Below are positions 21,719-36,700 of a stretch of 64,000 nt of DNA, piece by piece. Source of the stretch: Yuukianura sp. NJ FZ-2021 (lineage: Eukaryota); the NCBI GenBank assembly GCA_046563655.1, contig CM102286.1:6944001-7008000 (forward strand), in the 5' to 3' direction. Position 1 is the first letter of the stretch. The number at the start of each line of letters is the position of its first letter. Both the position numbers and the translations under genes were made by a program. The notes beneath the pieces are model-generated. The model worked only from the letters and a program-made list of their open reading frames with translations. It ran no database searches and had not been told where the DNA came from.

Positions 21719-24700
21719 ATGATGAGAGGAGGAGAGTGGAGGCGGATTAATTTAAACGTAACGAGAGTTTCGTGCTCCATTGGATTTAGAATTTCATTCT
21801 TGGCAGTACTTCCAGTACTTCTGTTCAGCATCACAAGTCTCTGCCTGGCTCAGGTGTCCTGGACTCCGATTTACGTGGATACGACAAGTACGTTCTTATA
21901 AATATTTTAAGTTCCCATTTCCTTCTAATGGGATCAGACCTAAATTGGACACAAGCACATCCACGCTGCTCCAGAATGAGCCTTTCTCCCAGAACCTCTG
22001 CCAACAAATGCTCTTTCACAAAATTGCTTTCTCCAAAACGCTTTCTTTCTCAAATGTTCCAAAAATTGTTTCCATTTTGCGTTCTGCCTTTGTTACACTG
22101 TATTCCCTGAACTTAAATCAAAAGTTGAAAAGCATGACTCCTCACCCAATAATTTATTTCGTGTGGAGGTGAAAAGCTTTCACCAAGCCAAGATCTGACT
22201 GTTAACTAGTTGACGCTGGAAAGAGGTTAGAGTGGGGTATGATGCGTTGAGGAAAGATTTATTAAGAAGAAAAGGACGTGGTGGAGGCATGGGAGAACAA
22301 AGGAAATTATGGATATTTCCGTCTCGTTTTCCACTGGAGAGATCCAGGGAAGACGGAGTCTGTTCGTTAAAATGCTTTCCCATCCTACTTTCCCCTTCTA
22401 TCACTTTCTGGATAGCCTCTGTGGAGCCTGGGAGCCTTGGCAAGGCCCTCCACAGTTGACGTCACTCACTTCCACTTTCCTCCTGAGACGGAAAATAAGT
22501 GAAATGGAATGATGGAAGTTATAACTGGAGACACTCCAGGAACTCCACAGCCCAACCCAACATGCACAATCAAGTACTCAGAAGCAGCTCAATCAAATCC
22601 ATGTCTCATGCACGTTTCTTTTTTAAAAAAAAAGCACGCCTTGCAAAGAGCAATATTTTACTTTTGAAAATGCAATTTATTTCTCCCTTTTGTGTTTACA
22701 TGACTTGTGTACCCATGAAGTTTATGACGTCCGTAACAGGTCCTTTCGTCGTCAATTGAACAGCCTAGCCAAAGTCATTTTGCGCATAAGTAAACTTCAT
22801 ATCTTCAGAATTGTAATGTAGGTCGAGCACAGCGTGGGCTTTTAGAATTTTGGTGGTAAAATACGATCAGTAGTTTGACAGAACGTAATGTATCAAGATT
22901 AGGTCCAGGTTTCTATCAGAATAGAGGCGGGCTGATACGGTCTTTGGTGAAAGGTCACAAGTATACAACAAAATTTTCTGAATAAGAGATACGGCGTAGC
23001 GTTTTTCCCAAGGAGAAAGTAAAACGACACCAGAAAGGCACGGTGACATTTGAACTTTAGTTGTTGAGGTTGAGTTTCCTGAAATCTAAGATTTCGACAA
23101 ACTTGACATTCCGGCGGAAATAACAAAAGGTCAGGTTTGTACCACAAAATTTAGTTTCAACAAAAATGTACTGGCCATTTCTTCGAAACTTATTTGCAGT
23201 GTGACATTTCTTTTACTTTTTTGCACTTAAATTCTAATTCAAACCTTTCTAAAAATTAAGAATCAAAAAACCTACAGCATTTGTAAATTAATACTCCCCG
23301 GTTAGAATCAAACTTAGTTTGGCTAAGTTAAACCCGATTCTGTTAGTAACTAACGAACGGTGAAAGGTTTTGGACGGAAAACAGAGAAAGTAGTTGCAGT
23401 TGAAAGAATCCGAGGCACACGACGACTCGTCCAGCCTCAAGGGAGAAGTGGCAAGATCGATCGCGTCTGCCGGAACCTTTTGCAAATAAAGGCTATAAAA
23501 TGGTCTTTTGAATCTACAGATCGCCTGGATCTCTGGACTGTGAAGGAAAGTGGATGCGGGTGTCCTGAAGATCCCGGATCCAGGAACTGTGCTTGTTGTG
23601 TCAAACCTGGAGGTTGTCTCTGCTCCTTCAATCACAACAAGTGTGCTCAGTGTGGACTTGAAGACTCTTGTCAGCGATGTAAGTCCCTCCCTGAACCTTC
23701 CTAATATTCAAATTCCAACCCCGTCTTCAGCTAGAAAGCTAGAAAACAAGGTTTCGGTGGATTGAAACGAGCTGATGTCATTGACCTCAGTCAAGGTTTG
23801 GCAAAACTAAATCTTGGTCTACGTCTTGACTACTTTTTCAGTTTTGCGGAGGAGGGTGTGTGGGAAATTGAAGGAGTTCTTGAGTGCTTACATTTATTAT
23901 TTAACTTTGGCGGACTGACTTGTCATAAATCAAGTTCTCTCTGTCCAACGAGACAGAACGCCACAAATACATTTCCAATACAATTTCCTGGAAGGTTAAG
24001 TGAAATGGAAAGTGGGGTGACAACTTATTCGTGCTTTCACTTCCAAATCTAAATTCCCATCAATTGAAGAGGGTATAGAAAGGTTCCCTGGAACGAATAC
24101 ATTATCATTTGATTTACGACTTGAACAAATGAGGCTTATACACTTTTCAGATTCGACAGGGAATGCAAAAGAGGGGAATGCATTCAACTGATTTGAAAGT
24201 TTTTATGATTGCGAATTTTCAAATTTCCAAAATGCAAAAAAAAAATTGTTTCATAAACCTGGAGTAGTACTTCTAGATTACGGTCCTGGCTCTCTAAAAT
24301 TTTGAACAAGTTGGATTTGAATAAGAAACTGAAATACGGATGGAACCGGGGGAAATCTAGCAAGATATCGAATTCATTACTTTTTTTTTCTGAATTTGAA
24401 TTCCGCGGCATAAAAATATGGGAGTTTCTTCAAATGTAAAAAAAGGCGCGGAGCCTTAAGAATTTAATAAAGGAGTGACATATTTTATAAATCTGCATAT
24501 AAATTACTTGGAAGAGAAGCGACTTCGACAGTCATGTGAGGCGCTGGAATGGAAACCTTATTCGTAGTTCCAGCTGAACAGAATCGTACTTTCTCTTATT
24601 CTAGGGAATGATGATAATCCAGTTATTGTAGACTGTCTTTCTTGGTACAGAGAGGAGCGCGGGAATTTCAAATTCACATTCCAAGTCCGAGAGTCCCGGG

Positions 24701-27700
24701 ATTGAAATAACTTTGGGGGAATGACTTCCTTTTTCCCAGTTGCAACAGTAGTAATATTACATTCATTTTCCATGTTTCCTTTGTTTTCTATTAATCACGT
24801 TAGGTTCTCGCCCAAGAAAAAACTCCGACTGGGCATGAAATCTATTGCTAGCTTCCTTTTTTCGCGGGAATTTTCTCATTGTTCCTGAATAAATCTTGCG
24901 TTTGTGTTAAGATTCCGTTTTTTCGTCACTCATTCACTAGCCTTTTTTCTCATAAAAGACGCATGTAGACGACGATAATGTGACAATGGGGCCTCTGGAA
25001 CCGGGAAGATGAGAAACGGAGAATGTGGAATATGTCGTCGCTAAAAAAATGTTTGCTGAAGATCTCGGAAAAGTATTTTCTAAAAAGATATAAAACCATC
25101 ATTTCATCAAGAATTCAGAGGATGAGAAGCAAGCAGTAAATTATAAGTCCAACACGCCTTTTCCAAAATTGGAAATGGAAAATATTGGAGCTGTTTCGTA
25201 GACAAACGCTCAGCTAGAATTTTATTTTTGGATAAGGATCCGCTGCCTTCGACTTAGTAAATGATGGAGCACCAATAATTAAAAAAATGGAAGAAAATTA
25301 ATCTAGATAGTTAGATGCTTTGGAGTGTTTCCTGTCATGGCCTTCACTAACATGCTTTCCAAAGCAGAGTCTGAAAACCTTATTCTCTTTCCCAACTTTT
25401 TAAAGATTAGGCCTCGCGAAATTGGAAAGTTTACTTTCACTTGAACTGGAAGCAGCGAGGTCCGCTTTTACACACTTTTAAACTTTCCCGGAAAACTTTA
25501 GGAGCGGAAATAATAAACAAGGCAAAAATTTTAGACCGGGAAAGCCGCTTTCCCTCTTTTCCTAATTCATTAACCGTCGTCACTCTCACACCACCGAAGA
25601 TTCTACAAAAGTTAAGATTCAATATTTAAGTTTAAGTTTTGTAACAGAGGAAAAGTGATTAATAGTTAAAGTTAAAATATAGCGTAAAATATAAAATATT
25701 GATAACCTTGTCTACACCATGACGTTTTTGACGTTCATCACTTTCTGCCTAGGCTAGTTTACGGCTCTGAAAAGAAAAAGACAACCGAATTTTAAGATTC
25801 AAATTATGATAAAAAAAATTTTTTTTTAACGAAAAAAGTAACTTTGGATTCAAAAGCTGGAAAAACTGATAAAAGCATATTGATTTTGTAAAAACATAGC
25901 GTAAATGATTTGTGGGCCAGTATGACATCGCAAAAAATTCCCAAACCATAATCTGTAGTTAAGATCCAAGCGATGACTGTTTTGGTTTAGTTTTCCAGCA
26001 TAGGAGGACTTAAGACTAACAGATCGATAGAAGCGAAGATTGTCAATGGGGGGATTAATCATTGAGGTTCCCAAGGGAATGAGTTTCACCGGTGAGTCGA
26101 CACGGGGTCGCATGAATCATGTCAGAAATTCCCAGGAATAGTCTCCATTATTCATGTCATTGAGGCAGGCAGGTGAAATCATCACTTGCAGCTAAGGTTA
26201 GGAGAGCACTTCCACAACCACTTCACAACACGCAACTTTCTCCATTAATTTCTTGTGCGTCGGAGGACATTCCCGTGCGTCATGTTCATGTACGGACCTT
26301 CTAATTTAATTTATCGCCCGTTCGCTCTCCTTAACTCCTAATTGTATCCACCTTTGTGGAGATTTCCAAGGAAACTCTGGCCGTGCACTTGCTATGCTTT
26401 TGTTCTTTTAGTTTCCATGGGATGTCAAATTTTGAAAACAAGCAAGATTAATTGAGATACTAGTTGGTGCTAATGGATGTCATGCGGTTGCTTTCCTTCC
26501 AAACTCAAATCCATCAACATACTTCTCATCAGAAGCTGCTTTCTTCCTATATCCTAAAAGTAAACTCGGAGCCAAATCAAGCATTGAATTGATTTGGGCT
26601 TTCACGGAATGCTTTCTAATCAGCTATTCCATCCCATCGCCACAATTCTGGTTTTGAAACAAGACTTTTCTCCTGTGGACTTTGCAGTTCCATTTTACTA
26701 CTATACTAAGGTCCCGTGAAGTTAATCTCTCGACTACAGCTATACAGCTTCATTTGCCATTCCACTCTTGCTCCACCACCACCTAACATTCGTTTACAGA
26801 AATTGTTCAAATCGCCTAGTCTGAATACGCAACGAGGAAACAGATTTTTGGATCCAGGGGATAACAGCAGGATCAGATTCCTCACAAACAGCAGTTTGTT
26901 TGCACGAGCCGTGAATTGCAACAGCTTCGTGTGAATTTCGTTAGTACTTTGCACATATCCTGGAAAGGGGGAGCGTCTATTCAAAGTTTGTTCGTTTAGA
27001 AAAAAATCAAATTCAAATTTTTCTGTGATTTTAATTAAAAGCGGAGAGAGAAAAGAAAAGAGCGGCTCTCGACTAGCGTACTAGCATACGAACAAGACAG
27101 CGGACGTTGAATGGATGTAAATTATGTGAAGAAGATTATGATCCAGCTCAAGTCAGCAAAATCCGACAAAAGGCGGGAGAATCTTCATCTTCGTATAATT
27201 CTTCCAGAACTAGATTTTTGGAGTGGTTGAAATGATGCCAACAAATGTCAGAGGGAGAAATGAACAAAGAGAGTCTAAAAACCACAAAGAAAATTCTTGA
27301 GAAGCAGTTGAATTAAGTCGACAGAGGAAAAGTGGCAGGGTTGGGAAGTGGAACTTTGTAGAAAGCAAAGCTTCTGGATTGCTTTCACCGTTTTTTTTTG
27401 AAAAGTTCAAGTGTTCACAGTACTTTAGCTTACGAAGGTTAGGTTAAGCTATTTTTTCCTCTCTTGTGCGTATTGACATCCCCGTCTTCGGATCCATTTA
27501 TTTCAGTCGTTTCACAATAGATTTACAACTTTATATTTATGGTTTGTAAACCATTATTTGATTCCTTCCGAAAATCCTGAGAGGCTTTTGTGCCAAAATG
27601 GTTGGAGAGGATCAAAGTGGAGTGTCTTACTCCCCCACAGTCACGATATCCATTGTTATTTCAGTATGATGAATCGGATGTTGTTAACCTAAGAGACTTT

Positions 27701-30700
27701 GGGATATGATGAATAGAATTCTCAAACAAAACAGAAAGTGTACAAGAAGCGTAATGAAATTGGATCGGCTACAACAATAATCCAGCATACCCTAGGCTTT
27801 CTGAGAAGCTGAGTGTTTCACTTTCTTTGGAGAAAGTAAATTAAGGTGGCTACGGTGGGGTAGTATGTTTGAGTAACTTTGGAAGAAGAGGATCCTTAAC
27901 ACGTAGTTTGAAGGAGACAAAATTGGGTGGCTCTGTGTCGTTTTTCCACTAAAGGACTTTGGTTCTGTGGGTGTTGTGAAGTAGCCTCGAAAGTGAAAGT
28001 AGTGCGGTCGATGACTAAAGTTTTCGAGATGGAAAGTACAGTAGTTTTGATGGGGGATTCTTCTATCAAACTTTCCAATGGAACAAGTTCACTTTGTAAA
28101 CGGCCAGCTCGGGTCCTTTTAAGCATTCCTAGAAATTTTGGCGTGTGCAACTTGTAATGGGCTTTAGCTCAATTCACCGCTTTCCAACTGACTACCAGGT
28201 TCGAGCAGACGGCAAAACTTTTGATTCCTATTTCTTTCCAGTCCATAAGTTCAAGTACTTACAGATCCATGGACATGAAGTCACTCTCTCTTCAGTGTAC
28301 TTTTTAGCACGAATGTTGAGTACTATGTTAGAACTTATTTTACATTATCGTGTCCAATCATACGATCAATGCTAAATTATGGTTTTGAATGAATGGTTCG
28401 ATGTTTGCAAGGTTTTGTAATAGTAGTCAGTGTATTTATACCGATGGAGATCGGCGTGTTGGAAAACGCGTTTTTATGAAAAATTAATGTCGTTTTTTTG
28501 TTATTGAAGTTTGCAACACAAGTATTTCTTCGCGTGTCGTGGCGTCCAAATCCGGACTTTCCTGGGTACAAATCAAGTCTCCTGTTCTGGAAGGACCGAC
28601 CATTTGTTTCTGGCGGTTCGAAAGTGCTCCAGGGCAACGAATCGAAGTTCAGATCCATCGTCTGGTGGCCGTCGGAACTTTTGACAATTCAACTCAAAAG
28701 TAAGTACTACTATAAGTTCTTGTTCCGTTCCTCTTTGAGACCCTTATTGAGTTATCATTTTACACTACGAAAGTAATGGCTCACCATTTCCTCTTACTTT
28801 TACTCTGGATGGAAAAAGTTTTAGTTTTCACTCTGGGGAAGAAAGCTCTCGATGAGAGTCAGGGACTTAAGGGCCTTTCGCCTAACTTTGTCAGAGTCAG
28901 AAGCTCTGCAGAAGTTGAAATAGAGTTGATACACGGACCAAATGAACGAATAAACTTGGAACTCTTGTTCCTTTGGAACACAAAAACTTTTGCAAAAAGA
29001 AGTTCGGATGTTGGTCAGAGGAGGAAATCCTTTTACACGGAGATTTCTTGCTTTCTACTGCGTATTTGGGTTATGATGCTCCCGGAGCGGGAGAGAATGA
29101 AAGCCACTGCCTGGTGCTAATGACCTTTCCGGGGTGAGATGTGGGTCTGGTAGATAATAGACATAGATTTCCCGGGGGTCAGAGGGGCTGTGTGGGTACG
29201 AGGTCATTTCCAAACAAAACGGGATCTACTTGTGTGCCAGGGAAGGGAAACGAGGACAAAACTTTCACTCAGGGGATTTGCTCAGACAAATGCAAATAAA
29301 TGTTCTCCCTCGTTGACAATTCCACCTCAGAAAAGATCATTTGAAGCTTTCACTTTGGGTAGAAGGCATAAAACCATGCAAATCCATATAACATTCCAAT
29401 TCAGTTTTATTTCATTTTAAGATTCAATTTAAACCCAAAAAATTCGGAAGAGCAACATTTCCTGTCCACTAACCTAACTTAATCTGAACCTAAAATTGGT
29501 TTGCTATCAAAATCAATGCATTAAACCGTTGATACAATCGTGACAATGAGTAGTAGTGCTACTGTTCTAGTCCGATATAGACTAAATCATGCGCTTTAAT
29601 TGGGGAACATTTTCTTGATGTTGGATTATTTTAGCTCTATCCGGTTTTCTTAAGATCGTCATGAATTTCCTTGGATGTTGTGAGCAAGCAACTTCAAGAA
29701 AGCTACAAACGAGCTAAAATTAAAGTCAGAAGTCGTACAACAAAGGACAAAGTTCAAAGTAACTGCAGATCCCACGTTTCCAGCCATTTCCTTTGCTTTC
29801 TTTAGTTTCTTTCCTGGAGGGCATAAACACTAAGAAACTCTCAAATTGGATCTAAAAGTCAGCCGAAAGAATTTTTGACCAGAATTGTCTAATTTCTTGG
29901 CTCTCACATTTCTAACTTTTATTTGCCTGAAGGACATCTTAGAGCAAAAGCCGATTGTGGTTTGCTCTGTTTCAGAATTAAGGTCAGTAGAAACGCTTGC
30001 AGCGATTCAACTAATAAAGCTGATTCCAAAAACTAATTCTTGACTTGAATCCTGCTTACCGTGAATGCGCAACTATTGTAAAGTTGTTTTATAGTTTTAA
30101 ACGCTAATTACATATTGGAACTGCTCCATTTATCTTACGTTAGAGGTTGTATCTTAATTTTAAGGACGAAGGAAATGGACTTGCCATGCGGAATAGCCTC
30201 ATATTTTAAGGTAAAAGTCTCTATTCATTTTCCATTCTTCGAAGACTTTAGGACGGAAGCGGACGTTAAGTTTCAAGGTTTGGAACAAGAAAGAGATTAT
30301 CCAACAAAAAAATCGAACACTGTTGGAAATAATCCGCAAATTTTTATGCAGACTGAAGATTCGCTGAACCTGAATATCGGCAAACATAAGACACGCTGCT
30401 GGTATATACAAATTCTGTCACGCAAATCCTCTTGTGAGAATTAAAATATTCAATCTTCGCAAACCCATTTTGGTACTTGTCCAAGTGAAAGAATAAAGAA
30501 AACTCCCGCAATAGTCCAGAAACCTGCTAGGGTAAAAAGTACTCTCAAAATCCAAATGCTTAAAATCCATGAAATTGGATGGATCCCACTAAGAAATTCC
30601 AGAGAAAACAGTTGGAAGTGGTTACTAGGGCGTGAAGGAAGGAGCTTAGAAAAGAAAGCAAAGAAATCACTCACAGTCGAAGAGAGGTAGAAGCATGTCT

Positions 30701-33700
30701 TGTCAGAGGAAGACATCTTGGGATGAGGAGGGCCCTTTGTCAACACAAGTAACACCTTTCGGCAGGAAATATGCAAGTGAAAGTACAGATTTAGACCAAA
30801 AGCGCATTCTTACGCACTCAGATGCCTCAAAACACATTACAACTTTCTCTATACCTTGGAGAAATACCTGCGTCTTTTTTCCGTTTCCATTGAAAAGAGA
30901 GGAGAGGAGTCTCTGCCTTTTTGAAAAGACGCCACGAACGTTATTGATGACGTGCCACGTGAAGGGCCGACAAAGAAGTCTTAATAGAGTCGTTCTTTAT
31001 AAGGATAAGTCTGGAAAAGTGTCCCTTAAATTAGAAAGTCGTGTGAATTATTGTGATATCGTTGACAGAAAGTGAGAGACTGGAGACTCATCCTCATCAC
31101 ATTCGGAACCCATGTCTTTTTTTTTAGCTGGGGGAAAGGAAGAAAGTAATAATAGGTTTCCACTGTAAGACTTGGAAGATCGTTAGGATCTGGAGCTGCT
31201 TGGAGGCTTTTGATTCCAAAAGAAGTTTTTTGTTGTGAAGAAAGCGATTTGAACAGACTCCAACTTTCTCCTTCGTTGGGTTAATGGGGAGGACGGCCTC
31301 CAGGAACTGAGAAAAAGACTCCAGGGTTATTAACGTAATAACGCGCCGCTCTTCCATAAAAACAAATTCAATAAAAAATAAAATGGAGTTTTCATGTAAC
31401 ACTAAAAAGTAAAAGCAAAACTGGGTTCTTTACTAATAGAAAACAAAAGGGCTGGAGGAAGCTCTATCTTTATTCGGTGAAAACCGGTGCAAAAATTTTG
31501 AATACAAAAGGCATCCGAATTTGCACAAAGCTCCTTTGCTTTCATGTCAAGAAAACGTATCAGTATGGACAATGTCGACATCCGGATCACCGTTGAATGG
31601 ATGTCGCCAACCACATGACCATCGTTGTTCTTCCGCCTTGTACTTATGCGACGAAAAAGAACTGATGAATCCAATATGGCGAAAAATCAGATGCGAACTG
31701 ATGAGTAGTTTTCCTTTGCCTTGTGCACACTTTAAACAGTGATCAGCATATCTTCCTCGGAGGCAATTTTGCATAATAATATCTGCGGGCTCACTTAACT
31801 TAGGATCCAACAAGGCATCAATCACAGACGAAACAATGTCAGGCCGAATAACTATCCCAGCTCCACCCGTGGCAACAAAAAATCCACAGTAGACTGAATT
31901 TTCTTGATTTATGTCATTGAGGTAATGGACCAACCAGGGCCATTGGTTAGCGCATAGTTCAAAATCATCTTCATGAATCATAATCCAAGTGGTGTTGGAT
32001 GATTTATGACTTGCATACTTCAGAGATGCTGCAACGTGGCTTCTAAGTTTGAAGGTGTCATTTTGGATGAAAGATGAATTTGTCATTTTCGGTGCTTCAT
32101 CTTGTGACACAAAAGTTATGTAATGCTTTGACACATTGTTCTGGTCCATCATCTTCTGTAGTCCTTGGAAGACAATTTCTCCAGAATCAAAGGAAATTGG
32201 ATAAATGTGCCAGTTTTTCTGCTGTTCAGGTTCTGGAAACTGCTCTAGAAATGATTCTAGAACGACCGATAAATATCTTGGATTATTTTTCCTATTGATG
32301 GTGTGCACGACGATTGTCAATGAAATTGAACCTTCATTTGCTAAAGCTTGAGTCCTAAGTCTAACAAGTGACAAATGTCGCACCAAAATTGTAGCACAAA
32401 TAGCACCAATCAAAAATGTACAAAGTCTCGTCGTAGCTTTGCCACTGTTTACTGGAGTTGGATCACCAGAGTCAAAATTTGTCAAATTATTTTCAGCATC
32501 ACGTTTAGAAGGCTTCCGTTTTTTCTTGAAGAGTATCACAGCCGTTGCCGAAACTAGGCTAAGGATTAAGGCAATACAATTTTCTGGATTTAAGGCCACC
32601 GTTAGTAACTCCAAAACAATACAGGCAATTAGGTAGAGATCAACGGAGTAACGTTTTCTAGAAAGTAGAAACACTACTACTGGCAGTATTACGTGAAACA
32701 GTCCTGACGAGCAGTCATTGAAAAAGTGGGAGATCCATAGAGACTTGGTTTCAAATGATGAATAGAACAAGATGGAGGAGCAGGTCAGGCTCAGAATGAC
32801 TGACGAGGCATAAGCTTGGGCCAGGAAACTTAGCAAATTGTGATTGATTGGCACATTAAATTTTGAAAAGTAGAGACGGAGTGAAAGGAGACTCAGAACG
32901 TGAAGAACCAAACTTTTTAAACTTGGAGTTACAAATGGTGCAGTTAGTAGCGAGAGAAAATGGAATCTTCGTACAGTTTCCAACGGGGAATAACATTGAC
33001 GAATGTCTAGAACCTTGTGCAGAAAAAAACTGGAGGTCGAGAAGAAGATTAAGGTCAAAAACAATTTCGTCTGCAAAAAAAAAAAAAAGATTAGATTTAG
33101 TTTTTTCAATTTTGGGGTAGTGATGATCATCTCTAACGATCGTAAGTATAATCTCACCGTCGGGATAGAATTTAAACCTGCCATGTTGAGTGACCGTGCG
33201 CAAGAGGTGAACGGTTGAAAACAAAGTCTTGGCTAATTTGAAAATTGATGTCCAACCTTTAAACAAGAACAGACACCATTATATTTTTACTCAACAATAA
33301 CAACAGTGCTTTTACAACTCTTTAAAGTGATAAAAAATATTGACCTTTGACCTTAGCTTCCAACAGAAGCATTTCCCTGATACATAAATTTGACAACTAC
33401 AAAGATTTGCGTAGGTACTAAGCTGGAAAGAGCTGAATTGTCAACTGTGACGGCGACGAAAGCCTCCGAAGTGCTCCCGTCCAATCTCCATACTGCCAGT
33501 AGAAGTGAGAACGAGGACGTGGATTTATTTACCTTAACATACATAAATGGCAAGATTAGATAGAACTCTGCCTTTTTCTAATATTGGATGGTACATAATG
33601 AATTTGGATTCACCATGTACCTGCTTTACTTACGATTAGTCCGAACTTCATTTTGTCTCAATTGGCGTTGAACTTCCCGTCTAAAAAAAAAACAAAATTA

Positions 33701-36700
33701 AATCATTTGCAGCTCGATTTAAAACAAATCATTTAAAAGTTGGCATTGATTCCATACTGCGAACAATTCAGAATGTATCAAAATAAAATGCTTATAGAAA
33801 AACAAACATTTCTAAAATTAACTTTTAGCCAACTCAAATGAACATTACCTTAGATTGTTTCCACCACAAGCCTAGACATCGAATTTCATAAATTTCGCTT
33901 AGTACCCACTCAAGGTGAAAGAATAAGTTAGTAATCCCGATTTCTGCAGCCAGTTCTTAAAAATATAGTAACTACTAACTCTCTGATGCAAGTGTGGCGA
34001 AAATAATTTGTTAGATAGTTTTTAAGTCAAATGTTTATAAAGCTCGAAGGAAACTGTAACATTTAAATTCACTGTATTGAGCACTAGTAGCAAAAATTTA
34101 TGCGAATTTGTAGTAAAGAATAGTAACTGACTTTAATGTTGAGATGTGGTGCAGGTTTTAGCATCTACCAAAACCATTACCATAACCAGACTTGTGTTTG
34201 GAAGATCTAAAAGTAGAGATGGCCATGATACGCTCACTGGCTCTATAGTGGAGTACTAGGCAAATGTATTCTGGTTGCCAAAATGAGAAGCTCAAAAACC
34301 ATGCAAACAAAAAACTGAAAATGACCTTGAGTACATACTTACTGCAAAGATGCACGTAAAGCAGGAAACATTCTGCTCTGAGGATTGGGTTGCAAGATCA
34401 TAATGACGAGTAAAATTCTGGAATATGAAGCAGGATCAATAAACTACTAAATAGGAAATACTAAATTGGATACTAAATGCCTTGTAAAACTGATACTGAT
34501 AACTTAAACCAGAATTTTAGCTACAAAACGAACAACCTAAATGGCAAAAATGAAATTGAGAAATGAAATGAACAATTTCAAATTGTGATGTTCCCTACCT
34601 AACAAGTCCTAATGAGAACTAAGGTAACTATAAAATTGATTTTTAGTGGTGGTGATGTGGTATAGTTAGATGTTGTCAAGAAATGGAAGGTAGTTAGCAG
34701 AAAACCAATGTTATCATGAAAAAATTATTAGTTTGATGGTTATTAACATATTAGGAATGAAAATACGAAAAAATGCATCGTCGTCAACCCACAAGCAACT
34801 CCGCGTGGGGAAAAATATTTTGGAAATAATACTGAGATGGAAAAATTTTTAGCTTCCTATTTGCAAAGCAAATTTTTATTTAATTTATTTCTACCATTTT
34901 TGACCATTGACATGCGCAGACGCAAAAGTGGATTTGCCCGTTGAAATATTATATTTTTGAGAAAGAGAGGAAACCACCGAAAAACGATAAAGTGTAATAA
35001 TATTGCTTAAATGAAATCTAGGTGTGTCCGAGGATTCCTGCAGTTCGCTGATGGAGATGTTTCCGTTCCCTCCTCACAGGCCATTCAACTTTGTGCCGAA
35101 AATAGTCGTTTCTCTCCGCCAGTCGTGGTCTTTGGGGACCAGAGTGTCGCAACGCTTTTGCTCAGGTAAGTTATACCAATACTTCCACAAAACAAAAGTT
35201 TACACCCAGGAACATGGAAACTTTTCCGTAACCAGCAGCGGTACCTTCAGTTTTGAAATATTTAGCCTCCGGTATACCATTTCTATCCAGGTCGATCCCA
35301 ATTTTAAACAAAAACTTTAAAAGACCGCCTTTGTTAATCTAAATAAAATTGGAACTTTCTCCTCAAGGTTTTCCTCGGGCCTTAACTTTTTATGACGTGA
35401 ACTCCTTGATTTATTTTTAACTCCCAAAGTTTCAGGCGAAAGTAGCCTTCGTCGCTGCCACTACTAATCAACCGCCTGGCTGAAGCCGCCCAACTTCCAT
35501 TGTTATTTGGAAAAGCAGTTTTAGAAGGAAGCCAAACAATCGGGAAGAGTGTTCCCAGTATTTTGTGGCTTGACAGCTTGATAGCTTCAAGTATACATTA
35601 GGGAGCAGAAAAATAAAGGAAAAATGGACTTTGAAACCATTAGATGGAAGTACAGATGTAAAATGTTAGAAAAAATCTCTCCGAAGCTTCTTTAGACATG
35701 GCCAAAAGCTTTAAGAGAACCGATTTATTTACTATCTTCCAAAGATTCTCTTCCTGGATTCCACTCAGTCAGACCATTCCCCAGATTTTCTGGATCGATA
35801 AAGTATGATCCTGTGAAGAAAGAAGAGAACAATATTTTTTACTTAATATAATAACAAAAAACAGTTACTTAATTGAAAACGTACACAGGTGGAGTTTAGT
35901 TTCTTAGTCTAACCTGCCTCCATATTCTGAAATCCAGTTCCGGGCAAGAAAAAATTTCCGATTTTTTTTTGTTTTTGAGGCTTTTTGTGGTTGCAAAAAT
36001 AGAAAGACGAGCGGAAGGTTTTGTTTCCCCTGAGACTTTCTTTTAAAACTTTCTTTTCAGAATTGACGTAAAGACGAGCCGCTCTCAGCTTCTGGCCTAC
36101 GTCAGTTTCTCATCTGCAGATGATCCGGCGGTGGGAGATCCAGCAAAGGGAGGAAGACTTCGACCGCACTCAGGTTAGTCCTTGTCTACTGACTCACTTC
36201 AAAGGAATACTTGACCTGGATACTCAGTAAATGCTACCAAGCGCAAACACGAAACAAAATTTAGCTCTTCCTATTTAAGTGAATCAAAGTAGTAAAACCG
36301 TATCTTGAATTAGTAGAATCTTTTGATAATGCTCAAAATGTAGTTGGACATGCTTTTTAAAATCTGGGATTACGACCTGCTGGTTCTCAGTGCAATCAAA
36401 TTAAAACAAAAAGTAGTTAAAATAATGTTCGATGTTCATCAGTTGCGGGGCTAATTAAACATTTGCTTTTGGTATTAACCAAAAGTACCACAAAAACAGA
36501 TTCACAAAAGTAGACTTTTTCCAAGTGCAAAAATGCAAGTAATAAAATAGGTGATTTCTTACAAAAAATTTCTTAATACTGCTCAGACTATTCAGAAAGC
36601 AAAAGTGAAAGTTGGAAATTTGAGGTGGGCAGACAATGAAAGCGACAAGCCAGACAATCACTGACATGAATGACGGTTAACAAATGTATAACATGTATAT

